A DNA stretch of 64,000 nt from Nitrosopumilus sp. (GTDB lineage: Archaea; Thermoproteota; Nitrososphaeria; Nitrososphaerales; Nitrosopumilaceae): assembly GCA_965223425.1 (NCBI GenBank), contig OZ245003.1, positions 1,312,001 to 1,376,000 of the forward strand. Direction: 5' to 3'. Position 1 is the stretch's first letter, and every line of letters starts with the position of its first letter. Below, one piece after another: positions 29,669 through 39,741 of this stretch. The position numbers and the translations under genes were made by a program. The notes under the pieces are model-generated. The model was not told the DNA's origin, ran no database searches, and saw only the letters and a list, made by a program, of their open reading frames with translations.

Positions 29669-32600
29669 TTGCGACGATTGATAAAACCGCCGTTGTTTGC
29701 AACAGTAGCAGCAACAGCAGCACTTGTTCTTCTGATTCCCCTTTGCATCTCCTTTGCGGATGCCACGATAGATTCGCCTGTTCCAGTCGCCTCTATCACT
29801 GACGGCCAAACCCATTCTAACGGCAAGACATTTGACGAGCTTCGACGTGCATGGGCCGTCACTACCGTGAATATGGACTCCAGCACGTACGCCTTGGTCG
29901 TAGCATACAGTGACCACGGAGTCCAGATAATAGACATTACCAATCCTGCAAACCCCGTCCCAGTAGCCTCTATCACTGACGGCCAAACCCATTCTAACGG
30001 CAAGACATTTGACGAGCTTCGAGGTGCACGGGCCATCACCACCGTGGATATAGGCATCAGTACCTACGCCTTGGTCGCATCATATAATGACCGCGGAGTC
30101 CAGATAATAGACATTACCAATCCTGCCTCGCCGGCCCCAGTCGCCTCCTTTGATGACGAGGACACCGTCACAGTTGGCAATGCAACCAAGACATTTGACG
30201 AGCTTCGAGGTGCACGAGGCATCACCACCGTGAATATGGACTCTAGTACCTACGCCCTAGTTGCAGCATACTTTGACGACGGCGTCCAGATAATCAACAT
30301 TACAGATCCCGCAAACCCCGTCCCGACAGCCTCCTTTGATAACGGGGACCGCGTTCCAGTCAACGGGACAAACAGGACATTCCACCTTGATGGCGCATGG
30401 GGCATCACCACCGTGAATACAGGCACCAGCACGTACGCCCTGGTCACAGCAGAAGTTATCGACGCCGTCCAGATAGTCGACATCACAGATCCCGAAAACC
30501 CCGTCCCGACAACCGCCTTTAGTGACGGGGCCACCGTCACAGTCAACGGGACAGACAGGACATTTGACGAGCTTGATGGTGTCAATGACATCACCACCGT
30601 GGATATAGGCACCAGTACCTACGCCTTGATCGCAGCAGAAATTGACAACGGCGTCCAGATAGTCGACATCACAGATCCCGAAAACCCCGTCCCGACAGCC
30701 TCCTTTGAAAACGGGACCAAGATCACAGTCAACGGGACAGACAGGACATTTGATGAGCTTATAAATCCACGAGGCATCACCACAGCAACTATCGGCACCA
30801 GTACCTACGCCTTGGTCGCAGCATATACTGACGACGGCGTCCAGATAGTCGACATCACAGATCCCGCAAACCCCGTCCCGACAACCTCCTTTGATGACGG
30901 GGACACTGTCACAGTCAATGGAACAACCAAGACATTTGACGAGCTTGACGGCGCACGAGGCATCACCACCGTGGATATAGGCACCAGTACCTACGCCCTA
31001 GTTGCAGCATACCATGACGACGGCGTCCAGATAGTCGACATCTCGTCAAGATCTATTGCAAACCAGCCTACTGTAGCCCCAACCCTCACGTCTGTTGAAA
31101 GGCACGACCCTGCCACACAGGACACAAACGATAACACCCCGACCTTCAGGGTAACCTTCAGCGAGGCAGTAAACAACGTGGATGAATCAGACTTTGAGAC
31201 CACAGGTAGCGCCACAGCGACAGTCTCTGCAGTCACCCCGGTGCCCGGCGGTACCGTATACCACGTGGAGGTGACAGTAACTGAAGACGGCATAGTGCGC
31301 CTTGGCATCGCGACAGCAAACGACATCAAGGATGTCACAGGCAACGCGCTGTCCGGCACGACACCTGCCGGGGCAGACGAACCGTACACCATAGATACCG
31401 TTGCCCCAACCCTTGCATCCGTTACAAGGCACAGCCCCACAGATGAGGACACAAGCAGCAGTATCCTGGTCTTCAGGGCCGCCTTCAGCGAGGCAGTCGC
31501 CAACGTGGATGAACCAGACTTTGTGATCCTGGGCAACTCCAATATGAGCGAGTTTACAGTCACCCCAGTGCCTTCCAGCTCCAACTCCACATACGAAGTA
31601 CGCGTATTTGTATTAGAAGACGGCACGGTCGAACTTGGCATCAATGCTACGGCAAACGACATCAAAGACGCCGCAGGCAATGCCCTGTCCGACACGGAAC
31701 CGACGGGGGACGACGAAACATACACAGTAGATAATGTTCGGCCAACCCTTACATCCGTTAAAAGGCACGAGCCTTTTACAGAAAACACAAACGATACCAC
31801 CCCGACCTTCAGGGTGACGTTCAGCGAGGCAGTAAACAGCGTGGACACATCAGACTTTGTGACCACGGGCAACGCCACTGCCACAGTCTCTACAGTAGTA
31901 CCGCTGTCCGGCGGTACGGCATACCACGTGGGGGTGACCGTGACTGCAAACGGCACAGTCGGCCTTTCCATCTCACCGGCAAGAGACATTGAGGACGCCG
32001 CAGGCAACAACGTGCGTCTTGCGCTGCCTACCGGGGACAACGAATTATACAACGTCCTCCTCCTCCCGCAGGCAGAAAACCGGCCCCCGACAATCACCCT
32101 AAACGGAGACAACCCTGCCACGGCAGAAAGGTACGCCACGTATACCGATGCCGGGGCAGCCTGCGCCGATGATGACGGCGATGGCACAACGCTTACCAAC
32201 TCCTCCAATGTGGACACGGACACGATCCAGCCAGATCCGTACAGGTACACCTACTCGTGTACGGACGAACACGGGCTTGCCGCGACAAACGTGACCAGAG
32301 CAGTCCATGTGGAGGATACCGTGACACCCGTGCTTTCCCTTAACGGCCTGTCATCCGTATCGCTGACAGTGGGCGACCCGTACACGGAAGAAGGGGCAAC
32401 CTGCACCGACTCGGGCCGTCCCATTGATGTCGGAGTCGGCGGCGCTACGGTGGACACGGCTGTTGCCGGCCAGTACGGTGTGATATATACCTGCTCAGAC
32501 GGGTACAACCGCGCAAATCCGGTAACCAGGACCGTAACTGTTACGGAACCTGCGATAACGCCACCACCACCACCACCACCACCACCGGACGGCAACGTTC

Positions 32601-34120
32601 CCCCCACTGCGTCAATCAGCGCGCCTTCCCGGGCAGCAGAGGGAACGCAGGTAACCCTTGACGGGACCGGCTCTGCTGACACTGACGGCACCATACAATC
32701 ATACAACTGGACTGCCGGCAACCCGGCAGTAACCATCACCGGCGGCAACCAGGAAACTGCATCATTTACGGCGCCCCAGGTCGCAGAAGACACTTCTCTG
32801 CTCATCACGCTGAAGGTAACTGACGACTACGGCGCCACAGGCTCTGCACAGCACAACATGACCATAACTGACACAAACCAGCCACCGGACGGCACCACGC
32901 CACCTCCACCCAACGAGCCTCCCGTCATCTCGTATACGGTAAACCCCGACTCAAGCGGGCCTGACAGCATCACGCTGGACCGCGATACCGGCTTTGATCT
33001 TGCCGATCTGGGCGTGACGTGCTCTGACCCGGAGGACGGCGACATTACGCCCGTGAGTGAGAATGAGAACCTGTATGATCCAACCACAGAAGACAGTCAG
33101 TCCATCCTATACTCGTGTACTGACTCAGACAACAACACCGTATACCTCCGGGTTGTCCTGAACCTTTCTGCGCCTGACACCACCAGCGATGACGACAACG
33201 AGCACAAGACCCGCCCAACCTTTGGAAACTCTTGGAGCACCAACCAGAAGCTGGTCTCCTGCGGCTACTCCATGGACGGGTCGTGCCACGACGTGCTGGC
33301 ATACCACGTCGACTATCAGCGCGCAGAGATACGGACCGGCTCCACGCACGACTTTGCGCTAAAGGCATACGCAGAAAAGGGCCTTGACAGGGTGGCAGTA
33401 GGCTTTGGCGTGCCCTCAGTGGGATCCCCGTTCTCTGACGCAGAGGCCTCCATAACCGTCCATCTGGGACGCAACTACACCACAGACTCCACCTACGAGG
33501 TGGCAGGAATATCGCATGATGTCCGCCGCGGAAGCACAAGCTCCGTAATAGACGCGTCAGGCATCACAGCCTCTGTTGATTCTGCGGCGTGCATGTCCGA
33601 TGTCAAGCCGGGAGCAGCAGCGACGACGGCCACAAAAGGAGAGGAGAACAACAACAACAGCAACAACGACTACGACTGCATCTCCGTCCTGATATCTGGC
33701 GTCCTGTTCCTGGAGCAGACATACGACGAGCCATTCATGATCCAGGCAGTCGACTCCAAGCGCCGCGTCACAAACCACTACATGAACGACGGGCTGGCAA
33801 TATCAGGGGAGTCGCTTAACCCGCTAATGGTCATCCTGCTACAGACAAAGTACTCCTCCCAGTCTGATATCATAACCCACGAGCTGGTGCGGACAGACAA
33901 GATAAATGACGTGTGGACTGACCAGTTCGGTTACACCTGGACGAAAAACTCGTACGGCACGTGGCACTACCTTGAGGGCCCCGCACACAGCACCGGCACT
34001 GCCTGCACTGACGTCAACAACAGGCTGTGCGACGCGTTTGCCGCAAAGATGGCAGGGCACACGGCGCTCATGGAGCAGCTGCGCGATGCGGAGTACGGCG
34101 ACATATACCAGACGCAATAG
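29669..34120 (+). CDS. Large secreted/surface protein: signal peptide, 7 LVIVD-like beta-propeller blades, Ig-like repeats, DUF5011-like and PKD-like domains, Pro linkers
   Basis: 7x ITTV.IG.STYALV...DGVQI.DIT; 3x FRVTFSEAV-like units; TLNGDNP/YTEEGATC; VTLDGTGSADTDG; GC clearly above flanks. Confidence 0.88.
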   Translation: MRRLIKPPLFATVAATAALVLLIPLCISFADATIDSPVPVASITDGQTHSNGKTFDELRRAWAVTTVNMDSSTYALVVAYSDHGVQIIDITNPANPVPVASITDGQTHSNGKTFDELRGARAITTVDIGISTYALVASYNDRGVQIIDITNPASPAPVASFDDEDTVTVGNATKTFDELRGARGITTVNMDSSTYALVAAYFDDGVQIINITDPANPVPTASFDNGDRVPVNGTNRTFHLDGAWGITTVNTGTSTYALVTAEVIDAVQIVDITDPENPVPTTAFSDGATVTVNGTDRTFDELDGVNDITTVDIGTSTYALIAAEIDNGVQIVDITDPENPVPTASFENGTKITVNGTDRTFDELINPRGITTATIGTSTYALVAAYTDDGVQIVDITDPANPVPTTSFDDGDTVTVNGTTKTFDELDGARGITTVDIGTSTYALVAAYHDDGVQIVDISSRSIANQPTVAPTLTSVERHDPATQDTNDNTPTFRVTFSEAVNNVDESDFETTGSATATVSAVTPVPGGTVYHVEVTVTEDGIVRLGIATANDIKDVTGNALSGTTPAGADEPYTIDTVAPTLASVTRHSPTDEDTSSSILVFRAAFSEAVANVDEPDFVILGNSNMSEFTVTPVPSSSNSTYEVRVFVLEDGTVELGINATANDIKDAAGNALSDTEPTGDDETYTVDNVRPTLTSVKRHEPFTENTNDTTPTFRVTFSEAVNSVDTSDFVTTGNATATVSTVVPLSGGTAYHVGVTVTANGTVGLSISPARDIEDAAGNNVRLALPTGDNELYNVLLLPQAENRPPTITLNGDNPATAERYATYTDAGAACADDDGDGTTLTNSSNVDTDTIQPDPYRYTYSCTDEHGLAATNVTRAVHVEDTVTPVLSLNGLSSVSLTVGDPYTEEGATCTDSGRPIDVGVGGATVDTAVAGQYGVIYTCSDGYNRANPVTRTVTVTEPAITPPPPPPPPPDGNVPPTASISAPSRAAEGTQVTLDGTGSADTDGTIQSYNWTAGNPAVTITGGNQETASFTAPQVAEDTSLLITLKVTDDYGATGSAQHNMTITDTNQPPDGTTPPPPNEPPVISYTVNPDSSGPDSITLDRDTGFDLADLGVTCSDPEDGDITPVSENENLYDPTTEDSQSILYSCTDSDNNTVYLRVVLNLSAPDTTSDDDNEHKTRPTFGNSWSTNQKLVSCGYSMDGSCHDVLAYHVDYQRAEIRTGSTHDFALKAYAEKGLDRVAVGFGVPSVGSPFSDAEASITVHLGRNYTTDSTYEVAGISHDVRRGSTSSVIDASGITASVDSAACMSDVKPGAAATTATKGEENNNNSNNDYDCISVLISGVLFLEQTYDEPFMIQAVDSKRRVTNHYMNDGLAISGESLNPLMVILLQTKYSSQSDIITHELVRTDKINDVWTDQFGYTWTKNSYGTWHYLEGPAHSTGTACTDVNNRLCDAFAAKMAGHTALMEQLRDAEYGDIYQTQ

Positions 34121-34417
34121 CCGTCCGGCAATGCTGGCGTGCACGGCGCAGACAACAGGCAGGAAAAACCTGCCCCGCCGCGAAGCTGATCATTTCTTTT
34201 GGCACATGCAGGCAGGAATTCATTCCATGCTACTAAAACCTATGTTGAAAAATTAGCATCCTCTTCTGCTGGCCGGAGATCACAAACTTGTTGATCTGCA
34301 CACCGGACACGCTGATCGACGTATCTTGCAAAATTCTGCACTTTGTTTGGGGTTTCTTACTTTCATGTTTACAGGCAAGTAATCAATTTTATTTATTAGA
34401 AAGACGCTGTAGAATTT

Positions 34418-34804
34418 GTGAAACAGTATACTGTAATTCTTGGTGTGGGAGTTGGAGCAATTGCAATAATGGCAGTAATTTTTGGCATGGATATTTTGAA
34501 GTTGTCTGTCTCTACACAAGACTATGACGTTTTTGTTGACCCCATTTTAGATAAACAAAATTTGTTTGTAATGGGAAGAGTCACAATTCAAAATACCGGT
34601 TCTCAACCACTAACTAATGTTCATGTCAACTTTGGTTCTGGAGACACTCTTGATCTTGGAACGCTCAAAACAGGGCAAAAAATCATAGTTTCCCCACCTC
34701 CTGAAAATCCTATGGAGTTTGTAATGATTAGTGCTGATAATGGTGTCTTTGCGAACAAAGCATATCGTGAGATGCCAAAAATGGTTGGCATGATGGGATC
34801 CTAA
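34418..34804 (+). CDS. Membrane-anchored Ig-like hypothetical protein
   Basis: N-terminal TM, IQNTG...GTLKTGQ. Confidence 0.75.
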   Translation: MKQYTVILGVGVGAIAIMAVIFGMDILKLSVSTQDYDVFVDPILDKQNLFVMGRVTIQNTGSQPLTNVHVNFGSGDTLDLGTLKTGQKIIVSPPPENPMEFVMISADNGVFANKAYREMPKMVGMMGS

Positions 34805-35038
34805 TCCTTGTCTTAATCGTCATAACGGTTATGGCTTTGATGATTATCATAACACTCAATGAAATCAAATCTGTCCAATTTTATGATACTGTTAGGCAAC
34901 AAATGAAGTTAGGTTTTGGATGTGTGTGTGTGAGTCACGTTTTTCACTCTTTTCTATATGGTTTGACAGTTACGGCTGGCCCGAAACTGTTCCTGAATTT
35001 CTTAGCAGTTAAATTATAACAAAAACAAGTATGATTGT

Positions 35039-35863
35039 TTGAAGTTTCTTACAAGTGGGAAGGTAAAGGACATTTACGACGTAGATGGTAACACACTTCT
35101 CTTCAAATTCTCAAACCGAGTATCTGCATATGATGTCAAGTTCAAGCAGGATATTCCGAAGAAAGGTGAGGTTTTGTGCAAGTTTGCAGAGTTTTGGTTC
35201 AACAAACTGCCTGTCCCAAATCATTTTGTTCGACGGGAATCTGATACTGAAATTGTTGTCAAAAAGATGCAGATGCTTCCAATAGAGTGTGTTGTTAGAG
35301 GCTATTTTTATGGAAGCTTGGTGAACAGATGGAAAAATGGTAAAGTTGCCGTACCTGAAGGAGCAGAAACAAAATTAGCTGCAAAGCTGCCAGAACCAAT
35401 GTTTGATCCTACAACAAAATCCGAACATGATATCCCTATCAACAAAACTAAAGCACTTGAAATGGAGCTAGTTACAGAAGAGCAATATCTGTGGTTGGAG
35501 AAAACTTCAGTTGATATCTACAAAAAGATGGCAGAAGTTGCTGATTCTGTTGGTTTCATTTTAGCTGATTTGAAATTAGAGTTTGGAATTTTGAATGGAG
35601 AAATCACTTTGGGTGATTCAATTGGCCCTGATGAATATCGCTTGTGGCCTAAAGATTCCTTTGAGGTTGGAAAAATTCAAGAAGCATATGACAAACAACT
35701 TTTACGTGACTGGCTGACTGCAAATGGTTATCAAAAACAGTTTGACGATGCACGCAATGCCGGAAATGAACCAGTTGCGCCAGAGATTCCATCAGAGATA
35801 ATTGGAAAAATGACAGAACGCTACGTTACTGCATATGAAAAACTAACAAAACAATCACTGTAA
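35039..35863 (+). CDS. purC: SAICAR synthase PurC
   Basis: SGKVKDIY, ECVVRGY, ADLKLEFG, YDKQ. Confidence 0.96.
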   Translation: MKFLTSGKVKDIYDVDGNTLLFKFSNRVSAYDVKFKQDIPKKGEVLCKFAEFWFNKLPVPNHFVRRESDTEIVVKKMQMLPIECVVRGYFYGSLVNRWKNGKVAVPEGAETKLAAKLPEPMFDPTTKSEHDIPINKTKALEMELVTEEQYLWLEKTSVDIYKKMAEVADSVGFILADLKLEFGILNGEITLGDSIGPDEYRLWPKDSFEVGKIQEAYDKQLLRDWLTANGYQKQFDDARNAGNEPVAPEIPSEIIGKMTERYVTAYEKLTKQSL

Positions 35864-36012
35864 TTGCATTGTTGGCCTGTTGTTGTTGACTAGAAGCTGA
35901 CTTTCAACTCGAATTTAATTTTTAAGTCATATCAAAATGATGTCCTGGTGCGTCATTTGCTGACATTGTTTGCCAGATAATCGTTTTTTGATATCTTCAA
36001 ACCACTACAATA

Positions 36013-36099
36013 ATTATTGTAATGATTTTAATATTATTGTAATGATTTTAATATTATTGTAATGATTTTAATATTATTGTAATGATTTTAATATTATTG
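36013..36099. repeat. AT-rich 20-bp tandem repeat x4.3
   Basis: ATTATTGTAATGATTTTAAT unit. Confidence 0.92.
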
Positions 36100-36241
36100 G
36101 ATATGCTATGATATTTTTTGTACCGGTTCTAATGATTCTCATAGCGGTATGAATCTTATTGAAACAAGAAAAAATTGATGCGATTAGACAAAAAAATATG
36201 ATACAGGGATCTTTTAGATCATACAGAAAACCAGTCTTAGC

Positions 36242-36745
36242 ATGTCTACGTTATTAGAAAAACCAATCAAAGTAAATCGTATCGTTACGACAAGCATGGG
36301 CCACGCACGTGCAATCGAAGACCCTGTACGAGCTAAAACTGTGGAAATTTTATACCGCCAAGCACTTTCTGCTGAGCAGATCTCCCGTGCTCTAAAAAAG
36401 GAAGGACACAAAAAGGCCCTTACGACAATCCGCCATCATCTGGAAATTCTAAAGGAATCTGGATTGATTGAGATTGTCAAAATCGAAGAGTCAAGAGGTG
36501 CGATAACAAAGTTCTACGGCACGTCAACTAAACTGCTGGATTTTCAAACACCAGAAGACTTTGACTCAAAATATTCAAAGGTGATTGACAACACATCAAC
36601 TAAAATTGAAAAGATCCTAAAAAATTTGACGCCAAAAACAGCCAAGTCCAGGAGCAAAAAGTCTGAAGGCTATTCACAATACCTTGTAATGGAGATTATG
36701 AACCGAGCAATGACTAACGTCCTTGAAAATTCTGGCAAAAAATAA
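36242..36745 (+). CDS. ArsR-like winged-helix transcriptional regulator
   Basis: DPVRAK...TTIRHHLEILKESGLI...KFY. Confidence 0.88.
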   Translation: MSTLLEKPIKVNRIVTTSMGHARAIEDPVRAKTVEILYRQALSAEQISRALKKEGHKKALTTIRHHLEILKESGLIEIVKIEESRGAITKFYGTSTKLLDFQTPEDFDSKYSKVIDNTSTKIEKILKNLTPKTAKSRSKKSEGYSQYLVMEIMNRAMTNVLENSGKK

Positions 36746-37149
36746 TGGAAGAAAAAGCCGCACGACTATTTTCTGATAGAAACCTTGTTTTTATTGCCAC
36801 AATAATGAAAGACGGATCCCCCCAAGTGTCTCCTGTTTGGGCAAGCTATGAGGACGGATATGTGATGGTAAACACAGCTGAGGGAAGAATAAAACACAAA
36901 AATGTTTTACGTGATCCCCGTGTTGCTGTATCTGCCGTGTCAAAAGACAACCCACTTGACATGGCAACGATTCGTGGAACTGTTGAAGAACTAATTCCTG
37001 ATTATGATTACAAACATGCAGACAAACTTGCACAACAATACACGAGTCGTGAACACTATCCGTTCAAACGTGATGATGAAAAAAGAATAATTCTAAAAAT
37101 CAAGCCAAACAAAGTGTTTGTTCTGCCTGAATTAAAGATGGACGAGTAA
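36745..37149 (+). CDS. PPOX-class F420-dependent oxidoreductase
   Basis: ATIMKDGSPQVSPVW, KNVLRDPRVA. Confidence 0.9.
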   Translation: MEEKAARLFSDRNLVFIATIMKDGSPQVSPVWASYEDGYVMVNTAEGRIKHKNVLRDPRVAVSAVSKDNPLDMATIRGTVEELIPDYDYKHADKLAQQYTSREHYPFKRDDEKRIILKIKPNKVFVLPELKMDE

Positions 37150-37156
37150 GATTCAG

Positions 37157-37185
37157 AATGTTTCTAAATTCGAATTTAGAAATAT
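37157..37185. other. 11-6-11 palindromic site, copy 1
   Basis: A-ATGTTTCTAAA-TTCGAA-TTTAGAAATAT between convergent genes. Confidence 0.6.
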
Positions 37186-37230
37186 GATTAATCAAGAACA
37201 GAAAAATAGAAAAAAGGAAGCGAAGGCAGT

Positions 37231-37497
37231 TTAACGTTTTCGACGTTTAACTGCCTTTCTCTTTGGTACTGCTTTGCGCTTTGGAACTTTACGCTTTGCC
37301 GCAGATTTTCTCTTTGGCGCTACTTTGCGTTTAGATGCCTTTCTCTTGCGAGTTGCTACTCCACGTTTAGCTGCTACCTTTCGTTTACGAGCTGCTGCTG
37401 CTTTTGTCGCTGCTGCTTTTTTAACTGCCGCGTTTCTCTTTCGAGTACGTGCTCCTTTTTTAGCTGCTGCTGCTCTTTTGGCTTTAGATATTGCCAT
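37231..37497 (-). CDS. Lys/Arg/Ala-rich histone H1-like basic protein
   Basis: MAISKAKRAAAAKKGARTRKR...; low-complexity basic repeats. Confidence 0.75.
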   Translation of the reverse strand: MAISKAKRAAAAKKGARTRKRNAAVKKAAATKAAAARKRKVAAKRGVATRKRKASKRKVAPKRKSAAKRKVPKRKAVPKRKAVKRRKR

Positions 37498-37598
37498 AAC
37501 TTTTTCCAAAAGTTCTGTGTGTTATATGGCAAAGGTCACACATAATTGCGCTATCCATAGTAAAATTTGACACGTTTTTTATTTTGCAAAATCTGCGA

Positions 37599-38084
37599 TC
37601 AGCAATTTGTTATGCAGACAACAGCTGTGTCCACTGTTGATTGCATTTTTTGCGGTCTTATGATTATCTTGTATTGTTTTTCTTCATCAAATGGAATATC
37701 AAATTGCGTTGTTCTTTCAACTGGCTTGTTTGGTTGTAACCAATCTGTTAACAAGTCTTTTGCAGAAAATTCACCGTAAACAGCCTCGTGCCTTTGCTGT
37801 TTTTCATCAATAAAGTAAAACTGCCCTCCTGAAAGCAGGGTTTCTTCATTGGATACGTTTTTTGCAGTAATTCCAATCTTTACAAAGACATTTTCTGGCA
37901 CAACTTCTTTGCTTCCCTCATGTGTCCCATCAAATGTAATCACATATTCCACAGATCCAACCGTAACTGTCTGTCCTGCAACTGATGGAATGTAATTTGT
38001 CTGGTATTGTGTATACATGAACAATGCAACTGCCATAGAAGCTATTATTGCGCCCACAAAAATCACCATTCCAAGTCGTACCAT
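37599..38084 (-). CDS. Membrane-anchored DUF4352-like protein
   Basis: N-terminal TM, FVKIGITAKN, QFYFID, LQPN...FDIP. Confidence 0.7.
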   Translation of the reverse strand: MVRLGMVIFVGAIIASMAVALFMYTQYQTNYIPSVAGQTVTVGSVEYVITFDGTHEGSKEVVPENVFVKIGITAKNVSNEETLLSGGQFYFIDEKQQRHEAVYGEFSAKDLLTDWLQPNKPVERTTQFDIPFDEEKQYKIIIRPQKMQSTVDTAVVCITNC

Positions 38085-38198
38085 GATTTTTTGCTTATTT
38101 TTTGGTATATAGTTGAAACGAAATAGGACGAAAGCTCAGACTAGTGCAAAAAAATGGCACAGGCGAGATGGCAGGTCTGAACTCTGATGGGGGGGGGG

Positions 38199-38277
38199 GT
38201 GGTTGTAGCCAAATTCGACCAAATGATCTAATTTTGTGATTTTTCACGCATATTGATCAGAGAGGTGTGGGTTCCCC
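38199..38277 (+). mobile_element. Isolated upstream end of the IS5-family element seen at 20923-22031
   Basis: Near-identical to the reverse complement of about 21955-22031; preceded by a G11 tract. Confidence 0.85.
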
Positions 38278-38286
38278 TGTGTTTTG

Positions 38287-38679
38287 CTAGAGCTTTTTCT
38301 CCAGCGTATTGCTTATGCTCTTGAGGACACCCATCATCTCTGAATGGTTTTGTTTCTGAGACGATGCCATTTCCTTCTGAGACGATGCCATTTCCTTCTG
38401 AGACGATGCCATTTCCTTCTGAGACGATGCCATTTCCTTCTGAGACGATGCCATTTCCTTGAGGATGCTGTTTTGCTCGTTGAACCTCTCATGCAGCTTT
38501 TTGGCTACCTGTCTTGTTGCAAGCATCATGTATATGCCTACGGTACCGGCAATAATAAAGGCAGCTCCCAGCGCGATTAGCATCTCTGAGTGCGGGGGAA
38601 CATATCCAAAGCCGAGAATCACGATTCCCCCTGCAACTATCGCAAACAGAAACGCGTTGTCTCTAATTGCGTCTTGCAT
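38287..38679 (-). CDS. 2-TM protein with coiled-coil tail, (KEMASSQ)x5
   Basis: ORF track; heptad expansion. Confidence 0.75.
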   Translation of the reverse strand: MQDAIRDNAFLFAIVAGGIVILGFGYVPPHSEMLIALGAAFIIAGTVGIYMMLATRQVAKKLHERFNEQNSILKEMASSQKEMASSQKEMASSQKEMASSQKEMASSQKQNHSEMMGVLKSISNTLEKKL

Positions 38680-38959
38680 GCTTTTTTCTGGAATGCCTGT
38701 ATTTTAGGATTGTCTTTGCATGCGCCTTTTTTGCAGATTACTCTAGTTCCATCAAGTGGTATTTGTTGTGAATACTTGCCACGATGATCCATGTCTCTTT
38801 TTCTCCGCGGTTATGGTACAAAACAGTGATCAGATCACCAAAACGTATCAGACCCGCATATTATCGGCCTCCTTTGATTGATTTTGTTTGTTGCAATCTG
38901 GGAAGTTTTTCCCAGCTGCCAGTTGCGCGCCAAATAGCGCTAACGCACATTGTGTTTTG

Positions 38960-39268
38960 CTAGAGCTTTTTCTCCAGCGTATTGCTTATGCTCTTGAGGA
39001 CACCCATCATCTCTGAATGGTTTTGTTTCTGAGACGATGCCATTTCCTTGAGGATGCTGTTTTGCTCGTTGAACCTCTCATGCAGCTTTTTGGCTACCTG
39101 TCTTGTTGCAAGCATCATGTATATGCCTACGGTACCGGCAATAATAAAGGCAGCTCCCAGCGCGATTAGCATCTCTGAGTGCGGGGGAACATATCCAAAG
39201 CCGAGAATCACGATTCCCCCTGCAACTATCGCAAACAGAAACGCGTTGTCTCTAATTGCGTCTTGCAT
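38960..39268 (-). CDS. 2-TM protein with coiled-coil tail, (KEMASSQ)x1
   Basis: Paralog otherwise identical to 38287-38679. Confidence 0.75.
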   Translation of the reverse strand: MQDAIRDNAFLFAIVAGGIVILGFGYVPPHSEMLIALGAAFIIAGTVGIYMMLATRQVAKKLHERFNEQNSILKEMASSQKQNHSEMMGVLKSISNTLEKKL

Positions 39269-39440
39269 GCTTTTTTCTGGAATGCCTGTATTTTAGGATT
39301 GTCTTTGCATGCGCCTTTTTTGCAGATTACTCTAGTTCCATCAAGTGGTATTTGTTGTGAATACTTGCCACGATGATCCATGTCTCTTTTTCTCCGCGGT
39401 TATGGTACAAAACAGTGATCAGATCACCAAAACGTATCAG

Positions 39441-39539
39441 GCCGTGCCTTATTCAATTTATTCTGATGATCCTGACGGAAATAAATTAGAACTTGCTTGT
39501 CATGATCATGGTTTTGTTAAATTAAACATCAAATTTTGA
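39441..39539 (+). pseudogene. C-terminal fragment of a VOC/glyoxalase-family gene
   Basis: SIYSDDPDGNKLEL, starting right after the end of the duplication. Confidence 0.5.
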
Positions 39540-39741
39540 GGGGTTTAGCTTTTACGCACGACCACAAAAGATCATACATGTCTAGCTGAGCTAGCCCGAT
39601 GGTTTGGCAGTTGCATGCAGCAGCTAGGCACGGGTGTTAAACCCCCCCTAAAATCAGGCATTTTTGAAAAAACGGCACTGTGCCTGAATTCCTCTCTGTG
39701 GGAGGGGGGTTTAGCCTTTACGCACAAAACCGGATCTCAGC

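Larger units (their letters stand above)
38278..39440. repeat. Direct duplication: 38278-38851 (574 bp) and 38951-39440 (490 bp)
   Basis: Appear identical apart from four extra 21-bp units in copy 1. Confidence 0.93.

Noticed and set aside
29760-31040. Diversity-generating retroelement template/variable repeats
   Set aside because: No reverse transcriptase in the window and the differences are not adenine-specific.
30250-34256. Long antisense and alternative-frame ORFs over the surface protein gene (and similarly over the GC-rich transposases)
   Set aside because: Shadow ORFs of high-GC, codon-biased genes.
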